DNA of 64,000 nucleotides, from contig JBLDXI010000042.1 of assembly GCA_047495785.1 (NCBI GenBank), forward strand, positions 3,038,001 through 3,102,000, written 5' to 3'. This stretch comes from Lepidodermella squamata. Its lineage: Eukaryota > Animalia > Gastrotricha. The translations under genes were made by a program, and so were the position numbers. Each line of letters opens with the position of its first letter. Positions within the stretch are counted from its first letter, which is position 1. The notes under the pieces are model-generated. The model made no database searches. It saw only the letters and a program-made list of their open reading frames with translations, and was not told where the DNA came from. Below are positions 1-11,478 of this stretch, in pieces.

Positions 1-26
1 TATTCAACACATAAAATGATCTGGAT

Positions 27-437
27 TCATAATACCAACTGGCTAAAATCGTTTTTCTTAACCCGACATCCAGCTGTCAGGAAAGTTTTCCGAGTAGCCA
101 TATGAGGCGATAGCAGCGCTGCTGTTAGGCTGCACTTCTTATTCGGCGCCTTAATTTGACTCGGAATCGTTCTGTTCTTGCGAAACCTATCGAAAGAAAT
201 CAGTTATTTATTGGAAAAAATTACAAAATTTTTATTATACCGTCGCCTTCGGTCGTTAGCTGACGCTGGAGGTCCGTTGTCCATGGGCGTTACAATATTC
301 ACAATATGGCATGGCATAGATTGGCGTCTGGTGAACGAATTGCGGCCATCGATGCTGCTGGCAGAGCCCGATGAATGAAGCTTGGCGAAAACGACAGCGT
401 CAATCACCCATTCGACCATCCGATTAAATAGAGGCAT
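27..437 (-). CDS. Orphan small-protein family, long member L1 (~118 aa; exons 437-241, 186-27)
   Basis: MPLFNRMVEWVIDAVVFAK...RRQSMP...RRR|RFRKNRTIP...SQLVL*. The 54-nt GT-AG phase-2 intron sits in the codon before FRK, as in paralogs L2 and L3. Confidence 0.75.
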
Positions 438-2262
438 AATACTTTTTCAAAATGAAATAAAATCTAATGAATGGCTGAGAATTACGATGAGCGTGTATTC
501 ACGCGCAATCTCGGGATAAAGTTTGATGGTAATTGACAAAAACAGGGCGCTGAACAAAATAAACCAAACATGACATATACGAGGGTCCGCGATGCGAGGA
601 TAACGCCCTGATATTGCATTTAGCCATGTACACTTAATGATCCACTTAGATGCACGTGAATGCAGGTTGGCTTGATAGTGAATTATGCCAAAAAATTAAT
701 ATGTACGCTCGAAAAGATATGTGCCGCAAAACAGGAAATAATTAAAGCTTCTCCTGAGGAAATTCGATGCTTGAGACGTTAGACACCTGTCCATAAAAAA
801 TACTATTTAGGGTACGGGCTTAGCAATAAAGGTACATGCCACGACGATGAGCCATAGCCATGCGATACGCATGTTGTTTTCAATAAGTATAACCAAGGCG
901 AAAAAACGCACGTGATTCTGCGATGTTGTATAGTGCCTCGTTTTAGCGTAAAACCGCTAGAAAATACTATGCGCTAATTTCTTTTTGGGTGCTGTCAAAA
1001 ACCACGCGGGTTTTTTTATTATAGTGACCTATATAAAGTACGAGGAAAAAATTAACTTTAATTATAGCGTGAGAAAATTAGTTGCAAATTTGACCGTTAA
1101 CAAGTGAAAAGTGGGGCTTGGCGAAAGTTTTAACATCGTGAGATATTGATGCCGCTTTGAAGATCAAAGAACATATCAAAGAGAAGCTCATCAGAGTTTC
1201 AGAGAAAATGGGCTTAAAAGTTTGCTAATTTAAAAAAAAATTGCGCTTGAAAAATCAAGTTTGTTTATTGCATCAATTAATAATTCGTCGCGCAATTAAT
1301 TCGGATGTTTTTTTCTTAATGCGCAGTCGAGATTTGTTGGGGTAATCTGAGGTGAGGAATCTAGGTAGATATTCCACAATTTTGATGGAATCACGCTAAT
1401 GCTTCTGCGTCAACCTGAACCGATAAGCCTTTTAGGCGAAACTTTGGGGTCTTCCAACTTTTGAGGTGGATGGGAGCTTCCCAGAGGTCTGAATTTTCGA
1501 AAATTCAAATTTCTCAAGTAAAGCTGTTTAATAACATCTAGGATTCCAAGAATCGTCCCTTATTCAAGTCAGGATACGGCGACAAAACAGCTGTTTCTGC
1601 TGTTATGTCGCGTTTGCTGTTTTGGGCATTTGCTGTTATGACGGTCTGCCCAAGTCAGTACACCTTTTGCCATTTGCTGAAAAATACAGAAAATACTCCA
1701 AACCCAACTTTTCACTTGGTAACGGTCATTTCGATTTTCCTTAACTGACGCATTCTGTGAATTTCGAATCCAATTTGCCGTGTGATTTTCAATTTAATAT
1801 ATAAATAACCAAGCTCAATCGATAAGTATGTGCGCTGTTCGCGATATCGGCTGGCAATATTCGAAGCCTGAAGAACCGAGAGACAATATCGATTTCGATT
1901 ATCGATTATTAGTGATTTTTCCGATATCCACAGTCTCGAAGCAAGCTTTTTCTTCACCTCTGAGGGTACCAGATTGCTTAGTAAGAATGTCCACAGATGG
2001 CAGATTGATAATTGATTAAATTGAAAAATTCAGTATAGCAGAAATTTTGTTCTACGACAGCTACGACACAACATCTTGTGATTTATGTGTGCGACATTAA
2101 TAGAAAAATTGAATCTCGATAACTTGGATAACCATTTTTCAGCGAATATCATAGGCAGCAATTAGGCTAATTGAATTATTGTCATCGCATAAGAAAATAG
2201 ACCAGGCACGACCTATTTTTATTCGTCTTTGTCCTGATCTTACATAGGTACTTATATAATGA

Positions 2263-2677
2263 CTAAACACTGTGTTCATCTACTAAATCAATAGATTCGC
2301 TGAATATTTGACGCCTGTACGCTTTCATCATTTTCGGGCTGAGGCCAACCTGCTGCAAATTCGGAGTCGAGTGAATTTTTTTCCGAAACCTAATTCAAAT
2401 TTATAAAAATTTCAATCGCGAATATTCGGAAAACAACTCACTTAGGCTGTCGCGACGTAGTCGGTGTGTAAGTTTTGTTTGAACTGGCAGCTACTGAACC
2501 TTTTGGCTCGGATTTCCTAGGCAGGGGCTCGGTCTCGCTGGGCCTGCTGGCGTTGTTATCAGACGAATTAGAACCATTTTCCGGCTGTGATTTGTTGTAC
2601 TTGGGAGCTTTAGCTAGAACGACAAGGTCAATAACAAGTTCGACCATTTTGCTGAAAAGTGTCCTCTTCCTTGTCAT
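2263..2677 (-). CDS. Orphan small-protein family, long member L2 (~120 aa; exons 2677-2442, 2389-2263)
   Basis: MTRKRTLFSKMVELVIDLVVLAK...RQP|KFRKKIHSTPNL...DEHSV*. 52-nt phase-2 intron (gtgagt...ttag) at the same position as in L1 and L3. Confidence 0.75.
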
Positions 2678-3396
2678 GTCAAATTGAAATAAGTAAATGA
2701 AAGAATGAATAAATAAGCTACATTTGAAATGAACATCGGCTCGCTAGATTAAATTTATATCCTGCATGTTTTTTTGCTAAAATTCCGTTCTTTGGGAATT
2801 ATGGCTTGATTAATTCTCAGATATTATACAATCAAAGCATTGTAAATAATACTTAGGTATACGTCAGAAAAAATCGCAATTCGAATCCAGCCTGTTATTT
2901 ATGAGATGCGATGTGCCATTGTGTCAGAATTTGGGACATTTGATTCCGCTATGCAATTTTCCTGAAATTTATTATTACAACAATTCATTGATCCAGGATA
3001 GCTCAACGCTGCGGGAAAATGTTCATTGTCGTAATTAAATTAAATTATTTGCATTTTTAGCGGCTTCTAAGATATGACCGATTTTTTCGAGTATTCATTA
3101 GTAAAATACGGGATTAAATGACCTGGCCTCCCTTTCGCGATTTCGCGGTAATTGAAGCTTGCCAGAAAAATATTTAATCCGGATAATAAAGGTATTCGAA
3201 ATCCCACGGATTACTTATCACTAACCGGTGCATCCTTTTCTAGATTTACTCTGCAGTAAAAATTCACGATTATAGACAGCCACGCGCGACATTAAATCTT
3301 AATTAATGAATCTCATTCTGTTCGATTACCCGACAAGTGCAATCGAGTTTTTTCGTCGCTTTTCTATCCTGATCAAAGCTATCATATTGTATCATC

Positions 3397-3770
3397 ATGC
3401 CTAAGGCAATATTTACCCTGTTGAACCGGATGGTGATGTTGTTGAAAGTCGACTCGAAATCATCATCGAAGCGGCGCAAATCAATGGCGCATGAAATAAT
3501 CGACGCGGCAAAGGAAGCCGAGGCCAGGGACATTGAAGCTAATACGGTTTATCACGCCCAGAGGTTTGTCAATTCTGCCGAATTTGATTTTTTCACCTGA
3601 ATTTTTCTGATTTTGTTTTTAGGTTTCGAAAAAGGTCCAACAATCGGAACAAGAAACTGCTGGCTCGTCGAGGCCGCTGTCGATCAATGAGCCTGCCTAC
3701 AGTCTTTGAACACATGACGGAAATAGAGGACGATATAATTGAGGGAGAATTCCAGCGAAAGAGCTGTTAA
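3397..3770 (+). CDS. Orphan small-protein family, long member L3 (~104 aa; exons 3397-3563, 3623-3770)
   Basis: MPKAIFTLLNRMVMLLK...HAQ|RFRKRSNN...RSMSLPTVFEHMTEIEDD...RKSC*. 59-nt phase-2 intron before FRK. The N-terminal helix is more diverged. Confidence 0.7.
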
Positions 3771-4007
3771 CATTGAGAAAAAAATCATTATCAAATTTCC
3801 TCGGCAGAAATTTTTTATTTCGTAATTTTGTGGATAAACCTTTGAAAGGTGGTTAACATTTTAATAAAAATTTAGTACCTATTTACTTCGATAATTTTAA
3901 TTTGAAACTTTGTATGGTAACTTTGTACTATATTGGCTGAAAAGCCTCCTGGTCGCCGATTTCAAATCAAATAATTCTCGGGGAGGAATATTTCTTGACA
4001 TAGGAAT

Positions 4008-4187
4008 CTTTGAACCTTTGAACCTTTGAACCTTTGAACCTTTGAACCTTTGAACCTTTGAAACTTTGGATCCTATCGAACTTCCGGAACCTCTGGACCT
4101 TTGGAACCTTTTGAACCTTCGAAACTTTGGATCCTATCGAACTTCCGGAACCTCTGGACCTTCGGAACCTTTTGAACCTTCGAAACC
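4008..4187. repeat. Tandem repeat: (CTTTGAAC)x6 plus a degenerate unit, followed by two copies of a ~61-bp derivative
   Basis: Directly visible periodicity. Confidence 0.9.
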
Positions 4188-5208
4188 TTTGGATGTTGGG
4201 ACCTCTATTTCTCCTAATTCGAATTGCTCTATACTCCGCTAATCGGTTTCAGATCTCGTTATGTTACACGCAAACATCTCTGAATTCAGGGACCTCAGGT
4301 AAGTACTATTTTCTCCAGCAGTTTATCGATGGCAGTATGAACTCAGTTTGTTTCGGCCAAGTTCCACTTTTACCTCGCCATTCTTTCGCCAAAAAAGCGG
4401 GATTCCTCCTCATTTTCAAACGAATCATCACTGTCGTTCCAGATTCCTGTGATGAAAAAGTCGTGTTTGTTTCTGTTATTATAAGGAATAAGGAAGGATC
4501 GCAGTGCACACTTGTAGTTCTTCATCGCCTCACAGTTATCGCACTACAATTCACGCATGTGACGAAGGTCGCACGTCACGGTTGTTTGCGCAGATCCAAG
4601 GAACAGGATAGCCACGTGAGCTACAAAAGCAATGCCAAGATCTAAATGTTAATTAAACGCCATCTATTTTGCGATGCTCAGTCCGTGTTTTTAATTCTGC
4701 TAAAAGTAAGAAATAATTGCCAGAAGTCTTACCTTCGGAATTGTCTCATTTCACCAGTTATATGTCCTTAAAATGGCCGCGTAATGAGCTGATGCGCAAT
4801 GTAAAAGTATTAAAACCTCGTGGGAATGTCGGGAGATGATGTCGGTTGCCCAATTACTCCTGCGCTCTTAGTCCGGGTTAATTGTGATTTATCTAGAGTA
4901 AGGACGTCCCCTGGCATGGAAAAACCGCAGCATATATATTTTTTTTATGATTTTTATGCCCATTCCAGTCAATCAATCCGGATAATTGTGTTGAATTCAC
5001 ATGTAATCAGCACTCTTATTCTCGCTACAGTACGATGAACCTGAGGTATTGATAGAAAAGCCCCGGTTGGCATAATTTGCGACAGACAATTAATGATGTC
5101 TGAATGTACGCGTAATACTAGGTAAAACATAGGCAAGGGAAGATGATATTTAAATTGCTGTAATATCTGTAATTAACACGAATATTTTCGCCATTGAGTC
5201 CTTATAAT

Positions 5209-5352
5209 ATGCCAGCAGCTTCTATTTTCAATGTTCTGATCGACTTGGTTATCGAGATCATTGTCTACGCCAAGAACATGCCTTACTCGATAACGCTGAA
5301 TACGGGAATCTCGAAAAAGCCTTCACATTGCCCATTCAAACCTTCAACTTGA
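5209..5352 (+). CDS. Microprotein S1 (47 aa), orphan family
   Basis: MPAASIFNVLIDLVIEIIVYAKNMPYSITLNTGISKKPSHCPFKPST*. ATG and stop are aligned with S3-S5; AATAAA lies downstream. Confidence 0.7.
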   Translation: MPAASIFNVLIDLVIEIIVYAKNMPYSITLNTGISKKPSHCPFKPST

Positions 5353-6267
5353 AACGAAGCTGCGCTTTGATAGTTCTGCTGGTGTTCAGAATTATTGCTG
5401 CCATAACATATTCACGCCCGTAGTTTTTTGTGAATAAAAAACGATCATTTTATAGCGAATTGGGTGCTCTAAGTCCTGTTACGGAGTCAGTGCAGAGGTC
5501 GGGGGTTGAGCGGCAGGTAAATTGACCGGTTGCCGGTTGGGTATGGGTCCGCTAAATTCTGGCCGGTTGACTTGTAAACTGAAATTTTCGACGGAAATAG
5601 CAGAAATTGACACGCGGCAGTGGGACTCTCCTAAAAAAGGTTCTGCAACCCCGGAATTCGTCATTTTTATGATTCTGTTCTAGAGGCTGCTCACACCTTG
5701 TGCGGGTTTTACCTACCAACCGGAACCCGTCCTGCGTGATAAATTAAAAGTTATTCTTGAAGGAGATTTTCAGTCCAGATTCCAATAATATTGATTACAT
5801 TAATTTTTCGAAATTGTGTGAAAATTTCGCAAAATGAGAAAGAAATTCCCGCAAACTGTCGGAAACGAGTCGGGAAGATATTTCATATAGACATTTACTC
5901 GAGCTGATATAATTCAATTGAAAAGAACATATTATAAAAGCTGCTTTTACGATTTATATACAGCCTGTCATTGTCATCCATATAATTGTGTAGCCATGGA
6001 CCAAAATTAAATCAGCACCCGCCGTCCTTGATCATGAGGCGTAATATAGGACGCCGCGGCCTCGAAACACCCATTATACATTTCCTCGAAACAAATAATT
6101 AGCAAAAAGACAGCAATGCATCATCAAGTTTAACTTTGTACCTCAATAAAAAAATCACATTTCGTCTAATTTTCTGCGAAACGCTCTGCGTCCTATACTA
6201 AGTCTCATGTCCTTAGCCAAGCAGGCGCTTAATTCTAGGGTTGGAACTTCATTTTTAGTGGTGGAAA

Positions 6268-6380
6268 TATCTTTTGATCGGCTTGGTTTTCGAGATTATT
6301 GTCTACACCAAGAACATGCCTCACTCGAAAACGCTGGAGAGAATGTCGAAAAAGCCATCACATGGAAAACTTCAACTTAA
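6268..6380 (+). pseudogene. Decayed microprotein copy S2
   Basis: LLIGLVFEIIVYTKNMPHSKTLERMSKKPSH in the family frame. No in-frame family ATG, and the terminal KTST* is in another frame. Confidence 0.65.
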
Positions 6381-6856
6381 AACGAAACCGCGCTTTCTAT
6401 TTTCCTATTCTATCAATCCAGCTGTTCCGTTGTTATTTTTGTCGAAATCTTATACGTTTTTACGTCTTCGTGCCCATGCATCGGGGCGAACATAATATGC
6501 CATATATTCCAATTATGGCGTTCATTAAATTATATCGAAATGTCGGAAAATGAGAAAACGTCGCAAAAAGGTCGCTTTGCGAACACGTGTCCGGTTGTGT
6601 GAGGGAGGTACTATCTGTAGACCGTTTATACTCAAACGCTCTTAGTACAAGTTTCAAAAATAATTTTGGTTTGACAACCTGAAAATGTGCGTTTTAGAAT
6701 AGCCTGCAGCTGCTTTATCATCTGAACCGTCGAACAGAACATTTGCAAAAATAGATTGCCTTATGCTTATGCTAAGCTGTCATCCGGATAATTTAAGGGC
6801 GAATAATGAACCCAAATGAATAACCAACACCCGTTTATGACATGTAGGAGCTATAA

Positions 6857-6972
6857 CTGATAGAAATTCCATCGGTCGGCATCACCTTTGAAGGACAGCT
6901 AATGATTTGTGGCTGAATGTACGGGTTTACGGGTTGTACAACAAACAGGTCGGGGAAGACGATATATAAACT
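6857..6972 (+). promoter_or_regulatory. Conserved upstream block of the microprotein genes (TGATAGAAA..CCATCGGT motif and GGGAAGAC-ATATATAAA TATA-like box)
   Basis: Homologous blocks lie upstream of S1 (~5049-5155), S4 (~22135-22245, minus) and, in part, S5 (~25145-25165, minus). Confidence 0.5.
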
Positions 6973-7038
6973 GAAATAAATTTGCTATAATTAAGAATCA
7001 CATTATTTCTCTTAAATTGCGAGTCCTGAATCTTTAGG

Positions 7039-7191
7039 ATGCCAGCCTCTGCTTTCAACCGTTTCATCGACTTGGTTATCGATGTCATTGTCTACGCTAA
7101 GAACATGCCTTATTTGAAAGCATTGCGAAGATTGTCGAAAAAATCTGTCGATATTAGCTCAGATCGTCCTTGCAGGCGGGCTTCAACCTAA
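7039..7191 (+). CDS. Microprotein S3 (50 aa), orphan family
   Basis: MPASAFNRFIDLVIDVIVYAKNMPYLKALRRLSKKSVDISSDRPCRRAST*. Confidence 0.8.
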   Translation: MPASAFNRFIDLVIDVIVYAKNMPYLKALRRLSKKSVDISSDRPCRRAST

Positions 7192-7319
7192 CGACGTGAC
7201 GTTTCATCTTCATCTCAGCTTATCAATTAAATCCTGCTGGTGATCAGAATAATTGCAGCTATATGAGCTGCAGATAATTTCAACGTTACACTTATTGCAA
7301 ATAAAATGGTCATTTTATA

Positions 7320-7616
7320 GGGACTACTCCAAAACGGCCAAGACAAAACAAAAGACGCCAAAAAGAATGCACCAAAACACCCAAATTTCTAAAAACGTCA
7401 AAACAGGCAAAAAAATAAACAAATGATACCAGAACCGCCAAAGTTAAAATTAGCGTTTAACAATGGTTTTTTACTGTTTTTTACTGATATTTATCGAAAA
7501 AACCATGTGCGCGCGTCACATTGCCTTAATTATCAAGTTTTTGGCCTCATTTTTTATGGCGTCTTTTGTTTTGACGTACTTGGCTGTTTTGGTGTCATTT
7601 GTTTTGGAGTAGTCCC
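7320..7616. mobile_element. Mutator-like MITE with 9-bp TSD
   Basis: TIR GGGACTACTCCAAAAC / GTTTTGGAGTAGTCCC; TSD CATTTTATA at 7311-7319 and 7617-7625. The paralogous empty site (cattttatag) is seen downstream of S1 near 5446. Confidence 0.9.
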
Positions 7617-9372
7617 CATTTTATAGTAACCTGAGATTGTTTCGGGTGGGTACAATCAGAGTAACCGTAATCAAAGGGTAAAATAGGACTGCAGTAGTGC
7701 CAAGTTGCCATTTTAACCAAATAATGTTAAGCCTCGCGAGCTGATATATCGTATTTTTTTAGCATTTTACCAGTTATCGATTTCAAGCGATAAGTGATTG
7801 ATTTTGTAAATATCGATTGGATAATAAGGCTTTAACAAATTTTTTAAGTAAAAAATGAGGAAAGATACAATCAAGATGGGAAAAAGCAGTGTTATAGACT
7901 TCTTCCATTGCGCTGAAGTCGGTAAATTATCGAATAATCGAATGATCACCAAAATCGATAATTGATCGAATTCGAACATCGGCGCTAATTCGGCGAGGGC
8001 CGCACCCACTTGCCAAAAGTTCCCTAAAAGTTCCATATGATTGTCATTGCTGCAATCAAATATGGTAGAGACCGCACAACCATGCCATAAACCGAGTCGA
8101 TTTTTGACACAAATCTCTTGCGATTCTGTCAATTATCGAAAATATATGACACGAGCTATGGTGAGCACCATGAAGAATTAACCATCGCCTTACATGTCAA
8201 AGTACTCGCCGCAGCTTGCTAGAGCTTATTCTTAGATTAAAGACCTGTTTAAGATGTAAATTTGGATTAAAAAATGAAAATATCCCATTTTAACATGATT
8301 TTAACTGGTGTGCCAAACATTTTGCTCGGATACTGTACTTACTCGATTGGTTTTAATCTTTGATTAATTTCTTCTTTCGAAGCCATTACAGCCACCATGG
8401 CTTCCACGTGCAGCTTGCATGGGTAAGTTTTCTATTATTTTTGTGAATTTTTCGCATTACATTTTGGGTTAAAAGTTGGGTTGCTGATCATGTCATCAAT
8501 ATAAAGAAAAATTAATGGTATCCACGCAGTAATCAGCGCGTGGTCTCGCCGTTCTATTTCCTCTTACAATTCTTAGGTAATTTTAAGTACGTCTGCGGAA
8601 ATGGGGTTAGCGGCTGAAAGCAGGGCACGGCGTTTAATAATCACTATCAGGTGACAAATTCCAGGTTCAAAAATGTCACTATAGCTGTGAGTGGATTTAC
8701 GTCAATCATCGCCGCGGTGAACTGGATGGAATTCAGGTGGATATCAATGTGACATAGACGCATAAAAGTCCGATTGCAAAACTATTTAAAGTTTGGCGCA
8801 CGGTCCTTATCGTCGAAATCTTAAGTTGTTTTGATGATCGATTTTATGCTCCAATTTGAACGCAACCGGGCGTGAAAGACAAATTTCTGCAATAAATTTT
8901 CGATGACATTAAAGCAGAACTTGGGTTTACGAACGTCTGCTCTTCAATTCGACATGGTTTTATTTGCCTAATTTTATTAGAGAAGGTAATAAAGCATAAT
9001 CCATGGTGATATCATACAAGATTTGAGGGCAAAGATTGCAGACTTTCTGACCTATTAACTTGGTATAATGAGTCATCAAACAATGAAGCAAAATAATGAC
9101 AGGTGCGCGTCCGAAAATTGCTAGAGCGTGTAATAGGCTTAATTAACCTCGAAGATAGGCCCTCGGAACTGAGACATCTAACATTTTTTGATCACTTAAA
9201 TGAAGCTAAAGTATTCTTGCTAATGAACACATAGATCCAGAGCACGAACATAAATTCCAAGTACCAAATTTCGCATTAAAATTGCGTGAAAAAGTGAATC
9301 AATATCGAAGACAAGAAAATGCTGATATTTTCAGTTTTATTTCATTCAAATTATTATCACAATTTTTCAAAT

Positions 9373-11478
9373 TCAATCATCGTCTGAAGATCCCATCGGA
9401 AAAACCGCCGACGGTATTCGCCGAGCCCCGGCTTTGATCGGTGACCACAACAAAATCCCAATCAAAGCGTTCGAAATCACAAGAGAAACTCCGCTAACCG
9501 TTGCTATGAAATCGGCCTGATTTAAAGCTCGAAACGAACACGCCGCAAAACTGGCCCCGAATGAGTATAAAACAGTCGCGGCAAACGCAGCAGTTCGAAC
9601 AAGGTCAATGTCCTTAGTCGCAAAGTGGCCGATTCTCTTCGAAATAGTCTGCATTGTTACAACAGAACCGATAAGTAAAACTAGCCAGTGAATCGAGACT
9701 AGAACTGAAATAAAAATTTCTCCCGATGTCGACTCGCAGATTTTCTCGTAAATTTCCCGCTGGGTATCAAGAACTTTGTCGTAGAAAATTTCCGAAAATT
9801 TTTCCGATTTTACTGGCAAACTTAACGAAGAATACCAAGCGCCGAAAATAGCTCCATTCAGTACGGTGATTGAAGCCTGCCCGGCTATAGTCAGCTTTTC
9901 CTTACGTTCGTAAGAAATTTGAGCCAAAGTCCTAGCTAGTCGTGATGATCGGCGCCTGTGTCTACTTCTCCGCCGACCAGGGGGTGGATGCGGAGGTGGG
10001 TTGACAACCTTCCCATGGGCATCGAAGCTTTTCTCAACGATTTTAACCTCATGTTTGTACAGCGCCATTCTGAACAACAAGAAGCCGCCTAATAGGGACA
10101 TTCCGATCGCGATGAAAATCGGGTAAATTGGGCAGAAAATCAGGTCCAAATACCATTCGGCAGTTGGTGACCCGGCAAAACCCGATTGAAATAAAAAACT
10201 CGAAATCGCCGCTAAATCAAGAAAAATCGCGCCTAAAACGCTTAGCGACTTGCTGTACGGTAGTGAAACAGCTATTTTCGGGTTATTTCGGTCAGTGATC
10301 AGGTAGAAAATAATTCCGATTTTGAACAAGCATAACGAGCCGCTGATTATTAGGGCGGCCGTGAAGCTTTGCCGAGACATGTAAATGAAGCTGGAATCGA
10401 TGTTTAGCGGTTCCGATGGCGGTAAGGTCACGCAATAATTAATCGAGCAATTAACACGAGGTCGCGTTTGATTGAACGCCCTCAAATTCGGCAATGTGGT
10501 CACCCTGCGAAATTGCGCCTCTTGCCAGCCAATAATCAAATTTTCGTCCATATCATTCGAATGATTTTCTAGGCTTGACTTAACCAAAGTCGAATTGCCA
10601 GCGCTAGATTGAATGGCTAAGGATGTCCGATAAACTGCGGCTTGCAAATGTAGGTCACCGTAACGTTTTTCACCCGTGAAATTTGAGAATTTTGAAAATC
10701 GGTCAAAATTAAATCGCCCAATCCATAAAACAGATTTTAGTTGTTCGGCAAGCATTTTTCGGGAGCAATAACTCGGAATTTCCGGGTAGCTCGGGTCGAG
10801 CCCAGCTTCGGGTCGCGCGATAAATAAATACCGTGACCCGGTAATACCCGATCGGTAAGTCGCGCACAAAAACGTCGCAAATGCCGCTCGGCTTGAAATT
10901 TCAATTAAAATTATTCTAGCGTCAGATATTGCGAGAGATTTCACCAGATTTCTCTCCTCGTCCTCCGCAACTCCAAGCCAAGCTAGCGTGACATTCCCGG
11001 CAATTAACATAGCAGTCGCCAGTCGGGTATTACCATTTGAAAGGTCCGAAGTGGTTGTTAAAATTCCGATTTTTTCGAATTTCGCCATAAAAGCGATGAA
11101 GTAAGCTCTTTGGTTGATTGAACTGCGAGAATTCGATCTCATAACATTGTCCGACTCCACATTTACCGGGTCCATTCCTAATTGATTGAAGAAAATTTGA
11201 TCGATGTTTGATATTGTCGGGGAAACCGTAATAATTCCGCCATTGGAGCCGGTGATTTTTCTCGAAAATTCGACAATATTTTGCGGTGAGCAAATCGCCA
11301 TTGATTCGTCGCCGAAACCGTCGAATTGGCTCAGCTGGTGGTTGATTGTCGAGCATTTATCGGCGTCGACGTGGGGCAGTAAAAAAATTACGCTCAGTTC
11401 AGTGATCATCGCCTCGTTTTTGTCGGTTATGAATGAAATGACAGTAATCAAGCTGATAGCAAGCCATGACTTTAGCAT
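9373..11478 (-). CDS. Divergent GABA-B-like class C GPCR (signal peptide, shortened Venus-flytrap domain, 7TM), intronless
   Basis: SDARIILI and FLCATYRSGITGSRYLFI match GABA-B VFT motifs; IAVSLPYSKSLSVLGAIF resembles GABA-B ICL1/TM2; seven hydrophobic segments. First ATG at 11478. Confidence 0.8.
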   Translation of the reverse strand: MLKSWLAISLITVISFITDKNEAMITELSVIFLLPHVDADKCSTINHQLSQFDGFGDESMAICSPQNIVEFSRKITGSNGGIITVSPTISNIDQIFFNQLGMDPVNVESDNVMRSNSRSSINQRAYFIAFMAKFEKIGILTTTSDLSNGNTRLATAMLIAGNVTLAWLGVAEDEERNLVKSLAISDARIILIEISSRAAFATFLCATYRSGITGSRYLFIARPEAGLDPSYPEIPSYCSRKMLAEQLKSVLWIGRFNFDRFSKFSNFTGEKRYGDLHLQAAVYRTSLAIQSSAGNSTLVKSSLENHSNDMDENLIIGWQEAQFRRVTTLPNLRAFNQTRPRVNCSINYCVTLPPSEPLNIDSSFIYMSRQSFTAALIISGSLCLFKIGIIFYLITDRNNPKIAVSLPYSKSLSVLGAIFLDLAAISSFLFQSGFAGSPTAEWYLDLIFCPIYPIFIAIGMSLLGGFLLFRMALYKHEVKIVEKSFDAHGKVVNPPPHPPPGRRRSRHRRRSSRLARTLAQISYERKEKLTIAGQASITVLNGAIFGAWYSSLSLPVKSEKFSEIFYDKVLDTQREIYEKICESTSGEIFISVLVSIHWLVLLIGSVVTMQTISKRIGHFATKDIDLVRTAAFAATVLYSFGASFAACSFRALNQADFIATVSGVSLVISNALIGILLWSPIKAGARRIPSAVFPMGSSDDD

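Noticed and set aside
745-800. Second hammerhead-like string CCTGAGGA...GAGACGTT
   Set aside because: GAAA is mutated to GAGA and stem II does not pair well; at best a dead relic.
4819-4826. CGTGGGAA Su(H)/CSL site, suggesting the small proteins are Bearded/E(spl)-like
   Set aside because: Single site; the proteins lack the Bearded NxxN motif, and I saw no consistent K/Brd/GY boxes.
7039-7191. Resemblance of VIVYAKNMPYL to nuclear-receptor helix 3 (VxFAKxLPxF)
   Set aside because: Too short, the spacing differs and there is no other LBD sequence; not supportable without a profile search.
7767-8132. 121-aa minus-strand ORF with a hydrophobic segment
   Set aside because: No recognisable motif, and no partner exons identified.
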